A DNA stretch of 64,000 nucleotides from a virus. Its lineage: Duplodnaviria > Caudoviricetes. The first letter of the stretch is position 1, and each line of letters starts with the position of its first letter. The DNA lies in the IMG/VR virus record IMGVR_UViG_3300027759_003166; one strand, given 5' to 3'. Of this stretch, positions 10,522 through 19,626 are shown in pieces. The notes beneath the pieces are model-generated. The model saw only the letters and a program-made list of their open reading frames with translations. It was not told where the DNA came from and ran no database searches. The translations under genes were made by a program, and so were the position numbers.

Positions 10522-11400
10522 ATGAATATTTTATTATTAGGAGATTCACATACCGATATACTTGTTGGAACCATCCCTAACAGATTTGAAATGGGACAAT
10601 GCCACTCATCGGTATTTACATTGCATAGATTTATGAATCAAGATGATTTAGATCTTTGGTCTAATCTTGAACCATGGTTGCAGAAAAATTCTAACAATAA
10701 ATCTTCATTAATTATCACAGGTGGAGAAATTGATGTAAGAGCACATTTCTGGAGACATATTCCTAGATTATATACTGAACCTAAAGACATAATAAATTAT
10801 ATCTCAAATAAAGCATTAAAATTTTATCAGGCGTTATGTTTGATACAAGAAAAATATCAATTAGAAAAAATTGTTATTTGGGGTGCACCTGTTGCTGGTG
10901 AACGTGCTGACTATAATTATCACGTTCCTTTTGTTGGATCTTCACAAACTAGAAATATATTAATACATTTATGGAATAAATCTTTATTAGAATGTATTAA
11001 TAATGATTCTAAGATTTCTTTTGCAACTGCATATTATAATTTTATTGATACTATTAATTATAACACAACCCCAAACCCTTCGCCAGATGGCGTACATTGG
11101 GATTATGGGCATGGATCATTTGGTCCAATGTGTTGTAATCAATTAATATTCCCTGCATTAAATGGTGGGTCAATGTTAGATGATAATTTTAATATTATGA
11201 AAGATGATCAATTTGGAATTACAGAATCATTTTCAAATGGTATTCAAAAATATGACACCTGGGCACGTACTGACCAACTTACTAGCAATATAGATGAAAG
11301 GACAGTTTTAATTAATAATACTTCGTATTCATGGATAAAAGCTGACCAGCGATCATTATTGCCAGAACAATATAAAGAACTCACAATACAAAAAATATGA
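10522..11400 (+). CDS. SGNH/GDSL-like hydrolase or acyltransferase
   Basis: N-terminal LLLGDSH nucleophile motif, GEID and a C-terminal PDGVH (DxxH). Confidence 0.6.
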   Translation: MNILLLGDSHTDILVGTIPNRFEMGQCHSSVFTLHRFMNQDDLDLWSNLEPWLQKNSNNKSSLIITGGEIDVRAHFWRHIPRLYTEPKDIINYISNKALKFYQALCLIQEKYQLEKIVIWGAPVAGERADYNYHVPFVGSSQTRNILIHLWNKSLLECINNDSKISFATAYYNFIDTINYNTTPNPSPDGVHWDYGHGSFGPMCCNQLIFPALNGGSMLDDNFNIMKDDQFGITESFSNGIQKYDTWARTDQLTSNIDERTVLINNTSYSWIKADQRSLLPEQYKELTIQKI

Positions 11401-12767
11401 ACAAACTTATTATATTTGACCTCGATGGAGTATTGATCGAAAGTAGAGAATTACATTATCAAAGTCTAAATGATGCTTTAAAAAGTATAGACCCTAAATA
11501 TGTCATCTCTCGTGATGAACATTTATCAATTTATGATGGATTAAACACCACACGTAAATTACAGTTATTATCTGAATCAAAACAATTACCCATAGAATAC
11601 CATGATATGGTTTGGCAACGTAAACAATTAGCCACATTTGAATTGATAAAAGAATTTCCTATAGATAAAAAATTAGTAGATATATTTTCAAAACTTAAAT
11701 CTACAGGATATTCAATTGCTGTTGCAAGTAACAGTATTAGGGAAACCGTTAAACTTAGTTTATTAAAAATTGGTGTAATGGAATATGTTGATTACTACGT
11801 TAGTAATCAAGATGTAGTACATCCTAAACCATATCCAGAAATGTATTGGCAATGTATGATAGCAATGAAAGCATTGCCTAAAGATACACTAATTATTGAA
11901 GATAGTCATATTGGTAGACAAGCAGCAATAGATAGCGGTGCTATATTATTGGCTGTAGAAAACTCCTACGATGTAACATGGGAAAAAATTAATTCAAGAT
12001 TACAACATATGAATTCTCAGATGACATCAACTACTATACCTTGGAAGGATAGTAGATTAAATGTATTAGTACCAATGGCCGGTGCAGGAAGTAGATTTGC
12101 TCAACAAGGTTATACATTTCCAAAACCGTTAATTGAAGTTAATGGTAAACCTATGATACAAGTAGTTGTAGAAAATTTAAATATAGAAGCGCATTATATT
12201 TTTATTGTTCAACAAGATCATTATGAAAAATATAATCTTAAATATCTTCTCAATCTTATAGCACCCGGGTGCGATATTGTACAAGTTAATGGTATTACAG
12301 AAGGTGCAGCATGTAGCACATTATTAGCCAAAGATTATATTAATAATGATTCTCCTTTAGTAATGGCCAATAGTGATCAATACGTTGAATGGAACAGCAA
12401 TGAATGTATGTATTCTTTTAGTGCCGACGAGATTGACGGAGGCATAGTTACATTTGAAGCCACACATCCTAAATGGAGTTACGCATTAGTAGGTGATGAC
12501 GGGTTTGTTAAAGAAGTTGCAGAAAAGAAAGTAATTAGTAACGAGGCAACTGTGGGAATTTATTATTGGAAGAAAGGCAGTGACTACGTTAAGTATGCTG
12601 AAGAAATGATTGATAAAAATATCAGAGTCAATAATGAATTTTATGTATGCCCTGTCTTTAATCAAGCCATTGAAGACAATAAGAGAATTAAAATTAAACG
12701 TGTTAATCGTATGTGGGGTATTGGTACTCCCGAAGATCTTGATAATTTTTTAAAGAATCATAAATGA
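11397..12767 (+). CDS. HAD phosphatase fused to a nucleotidyltransferase
   Basis: IIFDLDGVL (HAD motif I), KPYP and IEDS, followed by VPMAGAGSRF...PKPLI, NSDQ and NNEFYV. Confidence 0.85.
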   Translation: MNKLIIFDLDGVLIESRELHYQSLNDALKSIDPKYVISRDEHLSIYDGLNTTRKLQLLSESKQLPIEYHDMVWQRKQLATFELIKEFPIDKKLVDIFSKLKSTGYSIAVASNSIRETVKLSLLKIGVMEYVDYYVSNQDVVHPKPYPEMYWQCMIAMKALPKDTLIIEDSHIGRQAAIDSGAILLAVENSYDVTWEKINSRLQHMNSQMTSTTIPWKDSRLNVLVPMAGAGSRFAQQGYTFPKPLIEVNGKPMIQVVVENLNIEAHYIFIVQQDHYEKYNLKYLLNLIAPGCDIVQVNGITEGAACSTLLAKDYINNDSPLVMANSDQYVEWNSNECMYSFSADEIDGGIVTFEATHPKWSYALVGDDGFVKEVAEKKVISNEATVGIYYWKKGSDYVKYAEEMIDKNIRVNNEFYVCPVFNQAIEDNKRIKIKRVNRMWGIGTPEDLDNFLKNHK

Positions 12768-13519
12768 AAACAGCTTTATTATTATCTGGGCATGCCAGAT
12801 TTTGTGCCGAGTTTGATATGCAAATAGATAACTTAAAGAATAGTCATATAGATTGGTTTGTAGTATTGTGGACCAGACGGTATGGTGATGGATCGGAGAG
12901 AAATGAATTAATGCCTCCTAGTTGGCAAGCAACGACTGCCGAAGAAGCTAGAACTATAATAGAATCTAAACTTCCACCGGGCCATAGACTTGCACACATA
13001 GAATTAGTAGACCCTACGGAATTTCCACCTTTAACCAAACAATATAAACGAATAGACTGTACTGTAGAAAACTTATTTCAACAATATTGGATGTTAAAAA
13101 AGTGTGATCAAGCAAGACTACAATCAGGAAATAATTATGATTTAGTTATTCGATCCAGACCTGATATAGGTATAGATGCTTCCTTGGATCTTGTTCGTGT
13201 GCATAATTTTTTAGAACAAAATCCAAATTATATAATAACTCCTAGTAATCATAGAAATTGTGGATTTAACGATATGTTTGCAATAGGATTACCTAATACA
13301 ATAAAAACTTATTGTGAAGCAGTTGATCATATTGATCATTTTAATCTTAATCTTAATGTACAATTACATTCTGAATTGATGATTTCTACTATATTAGGAT
13401 CGCAAGGTTTGCAGTGGCCAATGACTAATTTTAAAGTTTCGTTAAGAAAAATGGGTACAGGCAGCGATGTTGCTGAGGATAATGATCCGTTTATTCCTTA
13501 TTTTGGAAAGTGGGCTTAA
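12764..13519 (+). CDS. Conserved glycan-locus protein, paralog 3
   Basis: MKTALLLSGHARF, YDLVIRSRPD and NDMFAIG. Confidence 0.55.
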   Translation: MKTALLLSGHARFCAEFDMQIDNLKNSHIDWFVVLWTRRYGDGSERNELMPPSWQATTAEEARTIIESKLPPGHRLAHIELVDPTEFPPLTKQYKRIDCTVENLFQQYWMLKKCDQARLQSGNNYDLVIRSRPDIGIDASLDLVRVHNFLEQNPNYIITPSNHRNCGFNDMFAIGLPNTIKTYCEAVDHIDHFNLNLNVQLHSELMISTILGSQGLQWPMTNFKVSLRKMGTGSDVAEDNDPFIPYFGKWA

Positions 13520-13520
13520 T

Positions 13521-13958
13521 ATGAAAATAATTGCACATAGAGGGCTAGTAAATGGTCCTGACAGTAACCTAGAAAATCTTCCCGGGCAAATACTCTTAAG
13601 TTTGCAAGCAGGATATGATTGTGAAATCGATGTTAGATATATTGATGGTAAATGGATGTTAGGACATGATAATCCAGATTACGAAATACCATTTGAGTTT
13701 TTAGAACAACCGGGTCTTTGGATACACGCCAAGAACCTCAAAGCTCTATATGAGCTAGGTAAAACAAATTTAGTTTACTTCTGGCATCAAGAAGATGATT
13801 TTACATTAACCAGCAACGGTTATATTTGGACCTATCCTGGAAGAATTTTAACAGATAAGAGTATTATGGTTTTGCCTGAATGGGAAGATAAAACATTAAG
13901 CAATGTAAAAGATTGCTATGGTGTTTGTACAGACTTTGTTAATCTATTGCGCCATTAA
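13521..13958 (+). CDS. Glycerophosphodiester phosphodiesterase-like protein
   Basis: IIAHRG, EIDV, LGHD, WIHAKN and GVCTD match the PLC-like/GDPD motifs. Confidence 0.75.
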   Translation: MKIIAHRGLVNGPDSNLENLPGQILLSLQAGYDCEIDVRYIDGKWMLGHDNPDYEIPFEFLEQPGLWIHAKNLKALYELGKTNLVYFWHQEDDFTLTSNGYIWTYPGRILTDKSIMVLPEWEDKTLSNVKDCYGVCTDFVNLLRH

Positions 13959-14591
13959 TTTATTGGCAAATTTTAGTAATAGTTTATGATGTGTGCCATC
14001 ATGCCAATGTGGTACCATCCTTCGATAACTGTCATACCAAAACTTTTCACTTTCTGGATGACATCCAATTAACCCAAGATTGTTTTGTATTATAGCCATG
14101 GGTTCGCCATTTGAGTAAGTAGCAATTGTTTCATACTTTTTGTTATTACCTACAAACGTACATCCATCATTGAAGAACATTTTCTCATCCCGGTTATTCC
14201 AGGTTACCGGCATTGCTTTGGTATGTGGACGTCTTGTACAAGCTGTGGGTCTTTTGTAGTATTGTACAGCATCAGCACCTTCTAACAAATTGAAGTAATG
14301 GCTACCTGCCCAATATGCACCCATACATATTCCAAGATATTTTCCACCGCGATTAACAAATTCTTGTATAGGATCGCCATTGATTCTAAGTAAGTAGTCG
14401 TAGCTATCAGAATTACCAAACCCGCCTGGAAATGCCAGCATATCCACATCGTCGAAGAAGCTGTATTCTAACTCGTGTTTGGTAAAGATTTTAAAATTGT
14501 AGTGAGATTTAAGTGAATTGATTATACCGTTGCCTGATTGTATGCTACACATCGGCTGATGCAGGAACAAAGCTATAGTGGGTTTTACCAT
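13944..14591 (-). CDS. BPL_N-like class I glutamine amidotransferase-fold protein
   Basis: FPGGFG, GGKYLGICMGAY nucleophile elbow and GCHPE. Confidence 0.7.
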   Translation of the reverse strand: MVKPTIALFLHQPMCSIQSGNGIINSLKSHYNFKIFTKHELEYSFFDDVDMLAFPGGFGNSDSYDYLLRINGDPIQEFVNRGGKYLGICMGAYWAGSHYFNLLEGADAVQYYKRPTACTRRPHTKAMPVTWNNRDEKMFFNDGCTFVGNNKKYETIATYSNGEPMAIIQNNLGLIGCHPESEKFWYDSYRRMVPHWHDGTHHKLLLKFANKLMAQ

Positions 14592-14728
14592 ACAATTCAC
14601 CTTTATATACTACTATTTAGCAATAGAAAAGAGCCTTGCGGCTCTTTATACTGGTTACGAGGGTCCAGCGACACTCTATTTTGTGCCCGATTTAAAAAGA
14701 CTTCCAAAGAAACTTCGGAAGCCAGATA

Positions 14729-15373
14729 TTACTTCCCCAATAGGCCATCAACCTTTGCTTCAGCAACATTCAAACGTGCTTCGATAGCGTCCAATGCTGG
14801 ATCAGCTGGAGCAGAAACTGCTTCAACTATGTCAGCGTGAACTTCAGGAGCAACTTCTTCACCTGTAGCTGTGGCAATAACCTGAGCAACTGCTGCTGCT
14901 ACTTCATCTGCTACTTCTGGTGCTGGAGTTGGCATTTCGGCAACTGCGTCTAGAATAGCGGCTGTGATTGCAACTGAATCAACAACAACTTCTGGCTCTG
15001 CTGTAACAACTGCCATAACTGCTGCGGAAACAATATCAGCAACTTCTGAGTGCTCAACTAACTCTGATTCTACCTGTGCTGTAATTACATCAGCAACAAT
15101 GTCAGCTGCTTCTGCGTGGTCAGCACTTGGGGAAAGTGCAACTACATCTTCAACTTCTACAGGTGCGTCACCGGCTGGTGCTGCAACGATAGCATCGATG
15201 TGCTCTTGAGTGTGAACAGCGATCAAATGATCAACTTGAACTTCAACAATGGATAATCTTGCGTCTAATTCTTCAATGCTTGTGGCATTGTCTGTATTAA
15301 CTTCGGTACCAGTTAGTGTTGCTAACTTGGCTTCTACGGCTACTAATCTCGCGGCTAAGTCTTCGAATCTCAT
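14729..15373 (-). CDS. Acidic Ala/Val/Glu/Asp-rich protein with terminal heptad repeats
   Basis: SD AAAGGAG upstream. Three L..RL..VE..V/L..L heptad segments flank a low-complexity core. Confidence 0.7.
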   Translation of the reverse strand: MRFEDLAARLVAVEAKLATLTGTEVNTDNATSIEELDARLSIVEVQVDHLIAVHTQEHIDAIVAAPAGDAPVEVEDVVALSPSADHAEAADIVADVITAQVESELVEHSEVADIVSAAVMAVVTAEPEVVVDSVAITAAILDAVAEMPTPAPEVADEVAAAVAQVIATATGEEVAPEVHADIVEAVSAPADPALDAIEARLNVAEAKVDGLLGK

Positions 15374-15453
15374 GGGTTGCTCCTTTTTATGAGTGTATGT
15401 ACCATTCTGGCACGTAATTATTTAAGCATAATAATATTACGCTATTATTACAA

Positions 15454-16164
15454 TTAATCCCAATACTTGCTATTGTCTAAGCTATCCCAATATTGTTTAT
15501 TGTTGCGATTGATAAAATTCTTTACTAGATATTTGGTCATTCCCATATACCCCATCTTTTTGAATCTACGACTATCTTGTCCAAAGTGATGTTTAACTAT
15601 TCTAAACTTTCTTGGACTATACTTTCTAGATAAAAAGTAGTCTTCTGAAGTCGAGAACTGTTCAGGAAACCCGCCATATTCTTCAAACTTATCTCTACGT
15701 GTTAGCATAAATGCTCCAACTGCAAAAGGAGAGATGAATTTTAATATATGATTGATGCCATTAAAAATCATAAACCCAAGCATTGCTCTTTTGTCATTGT
15801 CATAACACTTGATGTTTAGTCCTATTAAATCTAAGTTCTTGGATTCAATCTCATTAACTGCATCACGAATAACTGTGTCATTAAAGAAACGAACATCGGC
15901 GTCAATGAATAAGATGTATGGAGTAGTGGCTAGTTTTGCACCATTGTTCTTAGCAATTGATACAGGCCCGCCATCAATAACTTCGACATTTAAGTTACCC
16001 TTCATCAATTGAATAACTTCACGGGTATTATCTGTAGAACAATCTGCAATAATGATTCTAGTGCTACCTATCATTTGATTGCGTAAATGCAGCAATAGAT
16101 ATGGAATATAGTTTTCCTCATTTTTGCAAGGAATTACAATAGTAATTTTATCACTGAATATCAT
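15454..16164 (-). CDS. GT2 glycosyltransferase
   Basis: IVIPCKNEE, ADCSTDNT, AKNNGA and FIDAD. Confidence 0.85.
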   Translation of the reverse strand: MIFSDKITIVIPCKNEENYIPYLLLHLRNQMIGSTRIIIADCSTDNTREVIQLMKGNLNVEVIDGGPVSIAKNNGAKLATTPYILFIDADVRFFNDTVIRDAVNEIESKNLDLIGLNIKCYDNDKRAMLGFMIFNGINHILKFISPFAVGAFMLTRRDKFEEYGGFPEQFSTSEDYFLSRKYSPRKFRIVKHHFGQDSRRFKKMGYMGMTKYLVKNFINRNNKQYWDSLDNSKYWD

Positions 16165-16912
16165 TGTTTTTCTCCTTAGCCCACGTAACTATTTCCCAAC
16201 GTCCGTCATGATGTTCCACCAGTGCTGTACAACTTTCTACCCAGTCACCATCGTTCATATATTTAATACCATCGATGTCTTTGATCTCAGCATGGTGGAT
16301 GTGTCCACAGATTACGCCATCAAACCCACGCTTCTTACAATATGCAGCAAGATTCTTTTCAAAGTGGAATATAAAGTCCACTGCTTTCTTTACTCTTGTT
16401 TTGAGATATTGACTAAGACTAAAGTACCCAAAACCAAAGCGATGGCGTATCCAATTGTATTTGCTATTAAGCGATAAAATAACATCATATGCTTTGTCTC
16501 CTAAAAAACTTATCCAGGGTGCTAGTCTGGTTATACCGTCAAACATATCTCCGTGTACTACAAGATAGTGTTTACCGTCGGCACCTATATGTTCTATTTG
16601 ATTATGTATCTCAACGAGTCCAAAACTGAACCCATATGGAATCATAGGTCTTAAAAATTCGTCGTGATTGCCTGCAATATAAACAACACGAGTACCGCGT
16701 TTAGCATGACCGAGAACACGACGGACCACATTAGTGTGGCTCTGTTTCCACCGCCATTTGTTTTGTTGAATTCTCCAGGCATCAATTATATCTCCTACAA
16801 GGTATAGTGTGTCACAAGAGTTATGTTTAAGAAAATTGTTAAGCTGCTCTGCTTTACAATCTCTTGTACCGAGATGAACGTCGCTAACGAAGATGGATCG
16901 GTATGTCTTCAT
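16151..16912 (-). CDS. LpxH-like UDP-2,3-diacylglucosamine diphosphatase / metallophosphoesterase
   Basis: SDVHLG, GDIID, GNHD, HGD and CGHIH. Confidence 0.8.
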   Translation of the reverse strand: MKTYRSIFVSDVHLGTRDCKAEQLNNFLKHNSCDTLYLVGDIIDAWRIQQNKWRWKQSHTNVVRRVLGHAKRGTRVVYIAGNHDEFLRPMIPYGFSFGLVEIHNQIEHIGADGKHYLVVHGDMFDGITRLAPWISFLGDKAYDVILSLNSKYNWIRHRFGFGYFSLSQYLKTRVKKAVDFIFHFEKNLAAYCKKRGFDGVICGHIHHAEIKDIDGIKYMNDGDWVESCTALVEHHDGRWEIVTWAKEKNNDIQ

Positions 16913-16956
16913 ACCAATATTTACTAGTGTAATTAATTTTTAATATTACAATAGTA

Positions 16957-17271
16957 TTACAAATTTAGTTTTTTCTTATCAAGATTCAATACTTTAGATT
17001 CGTCACCTACACCTAATACACAACCAACACCTGGAGTAAATTGTATGAGTGTCCAAGTACCTGATTCTTTATTAATCAATAACATAAACTTAGTCTTTTC
17101 TTCGGAGCCACCCCATACAGGTACTTCTTTATAGTCGCCGTTCATTAACTCGTTGACTATTTTTTTAGTATCGTCGCAGACCAAAGTTTTTTCTATTTTA
17201 AATGATGTAGACTGTGCTGTTGCCACTGTTGTTAATAATGTGGCAACCAGTATGGTTATCAATTTTTTCAT
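16957..17271 (-). CDS. Hypothetical secreted protein
   Basis: Signal-peptide-like N-terminus MKKLITILVATLLTTVATA. Confidence 0.6.
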   Translation of the reverse strand: MKKLITILVATLLTTVATAQSTSFKIEKTLVCDDTKKIVNELMNGDYKEVPVWGGSEEKTKFMLLINKESGTWTLIQFTPGVGCVLGVGDESKVLNLDKKKLNL

Positions 17272-18944
17272 TATACGCCTTCTGGTGGAATTTCTTGACC
17301 CATTGGTATTTTAGCACCAATTTGTTTTGTTTGATTTTGTATGCCAGCAGGAACCGGTGCTTTAGTTTTAGTAGGTGCTACTGGTTGGGTAGGTGATACT
17401 TCTGGTTGAGCAGGTGTGGGAGGTTGTTGTTCTACTTTTTCAATATAATTTGCAATGTCAGAAATATCTTTTAGTAAGCCGCCCATTGCGGTCATATTTC
17501 TAACTGTGCCGTCTTTAAATTGAGATTTTAATTCTACTAACTTATTACCAGCATCTTTTCTACCTGCTGGAACAAATCTTTTACCAATAGTTCCTACAGG
17601 ATATCCATAAATTGAAATAATATGTGCCTTACCATCCATATTTTCAACAACAACTAATTGTAATTGTCTCATTGCTTTTTCAAATTCTGGACCAAAACTT
17701 AATTCTCTAAATGCTTTCTTGTCATCAGGATCAAGAATAACCATTTCAACACCCTCTTCTTTTCTTGTAAGGTGTTGTAATAATCCCTGATATATATCTT
17801 CAACCAACCCCGGTTGATCAGATCTTGCTTTTGCTTTTAGAGTTTTGGCTGCATCTTGGTAAGCAGCAAACATTCCGCTATTAAAATTGTGTTGTTTTTC
17901 CTCGTCTGATCCACGAGCTCCTTTTGCAATTTCATAAAAGTATTTTTTAATTGTCGGAGATAGTGCAACATTAAATGAACCAAAGAACTCAGTAACATGT
18001 TCAAAATTAGCACCAACCACTTGTCCAAACTGTGCCACATCGCCTGCCTTAATACTTAATAGGCGTTTAGCAAGAGGTTGCCCATCAACTAAAATTTTTA
18101 AATCAACTTTAGTTGTACTTTGATTTGCTTTTTCTCCACCGTCACTGATAACATCTACCCTGTTGTTTCTTGGATCATCCTGGGCTACTTTTATTGCATC
18201 CGCAACACGTTTAGAAGTATTAGCATATTCTACAGCAATTCTTGCTCTTCTTTCTATTAAGTCTATAGATTCCTGGGGCACTTTATAATCTTGTAGAGTT
18301 TTACGACCTTCGCCTAACCAAGCATAAAAGATTTTTTTATCTAAAAAAGGAATAGACACTTTAAATTCAAGTGTATCTTTGCCTGCCGCAACACTAATAA
18401 CTCCACCATTTTGAGCTAGTTGTTTGCCCATATCTGCTAAGTTTTTTTCAGTAATGTTACCACCATTACTAACAAATTTAGCCGCTACAGCACATCCTAT
18501 TAAGGCTTCTGATACATTGCCCATATTGGGTTTTATTTCGCCTTTAATTTTTTCATCTTTATAGATGTTGTTTAATCTTACATTATCAACTACTTCTCCC
18601 GTTGGTTCGTTGGTGTCGTCATCTACAACATTAACTGAAAATAAAACATTGGACCAATTATCAGTTTTTAATGCACGTTTAATACTTGCTTTTAATGTGT
18701 TTGGGTCAGCAATTGTTCCTAAAAAGTTTGTTCCCGGGTTAGGAGCAATTCCTTTCTGTTTATTTGCAGGTCTAAACCCAGTATTAAAAGCATATACTTG
18801 TCCGGGTGACATACCGTCTCCTATATTGTCAAGGAACGGATTTAAATATTTTTCTATGGTTCTCGGAGCCGTCCAGTCTTTGCCTTGCATAAGACCTTCA
18901 AGTACGGATGACTTTGATTCGGTGATAAACTCTCTTGCTCTCAT
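17271..18944 (-). CDS. Large hypothetical late protein, possible PD-(D/E)xK-like fold
   Basis: 557 aa. TATAAATA lies just upstream. It has GNVSE...KVDLKI...SIK and a Pro/Gln-rich tail. Confidence 0.55.
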   Translation of the reverse strand: MRAREFITESKSSVLEGLMQGKDWTAPRTIEKYLNPFLDNIGDGMSPGQVYAFNTGFRPANKQKGIAPNPGTNFLGTIADPNTLKASIKRALKTDNWSNVLFSVNVVDDDTNEPTGEVVDNVRLNNIYKDEKIKGEIKPNMGNVSEALIGCAVAAKFVSNGGNITEKNLADMGKQLAQNGGVISVAAGKDTLEFKVSIPFLDKKIFYAWLGEGRKTLQDYKVPQESIDLIERRARIAVEYANTSKRVADAIKVAQDDPRNNRVDVISDGGEKANQSTTKVDLKILVDGQPLAKRLLSIKAGDVAQFGQVVGANFEHVTEFFGSFNVALSPTIKKYFYEIAKGARGSDEEKQHNFNSGMFAAYQDAAKTLKAKARSDQPGLVEDIYQGLLQHLTRKEEGVEMVILDPDDKKAFRELSFGPEFEKAMRQLQLVVVENMDGKAHIISIYGYPVGTIGKRFVPAGRKDAGNKLVELKSQFKDGTVRNMTAMGGLLKDISDIANYIEKVEQQPPTPAQPEVSPTQPVAPTKTKAPVPAGIQNQTKQIGAKIPMGQEIPPEGV

Positions 18945-18954
18945 AATAGTATAT

Positions 18955-19626
18955 TTATACTACTTCTGGAAACAATACTTCACGTACAAATCTCTTGATA
19001 ACAGGTTCTGCCACACCCATGCTAACCATACTGCGTATAACATGTGGATTCTGCTTTTGATAGTGACAATAACGATTCTGCGCCATATGATAATCCGCTG
19101 CATCTTGCTGCGTATTTCCTACGTTTTTTACATAATAATCTAAACTATCCAGGGCTAATTGACATAAATCGTCGAGTTCTTTGCCTTCTTGTACATTACC
19201 CGCAGCAACCATGTTATCGCTAAAGATGTTACGTGCCCATTCTGGAAGTTCTCTAGACTTTTGCCATCCGTATTTTTTAGTCTCAATACCAAACCAACGC
19301 ATCATGTCATGGTTAGAATCACCTGCCGAACTGAAATCACAGAAAGCACCTGTGATCTTATTAGGGCCACATACAGCATCAAATCCCCAAATTGGACTTG
19401 GATCGTTAAAATGTGGGAATATGGTACAATGTAATATATAGATTTTGTGAGTTTCTCTATTATCTACAATTTCTATATGTGCTCTACGATAACGCGGACT
19501 TGACCAAAGTTGATTATGCCAGTTATAGTCTGTGCCCACGGTGCTATCTATAGGTTCACCTGTAGTATTGAATCGATCTTCAATCTGTTTGGCTAATTGC
19601 TCAATTTTGTTCCAAACTACTGTCAT
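18955..19626 (-). CDS. pcyX: Ferredoxin-dependent bilin reductase (PcyX/PcyA-like)
   Basis: RRAHIE, ILHCTIFP, WGFDAV and QNRYCHYQKQN, matching the PcyA family pattern. It lies directly behind a heme oxygenase. Confidence 0.8.
   Translation of the reverse strand: MTVVWNKIEQLAKQIEDRFNTTGEPIDSTVGTDYNWHNQLWSSPRYRRAHIEIVDNRETHKIYILHCTIFPHFNDPSPIWGFDAVCGPNKITGAFCDFSSAGDSNHDMMRWFGIETKKYGWQKSRELPEWARNIFSDNMVAAGNVQEGKELDDLCQLALDSLDYYVKNVGNTQQDAADYHMAQNRYCHYQKQNPHVIRSMVSMGVAEPVIKRFVREVLFPEVV

Noticed and set aside
14581-14589. GGTAAAACC motif copy at the BPL_N start
   Set aside because: It lies inside the first codons (ATG GTA AAA CCC) with no flanking -35/-10, so it is probably chance.
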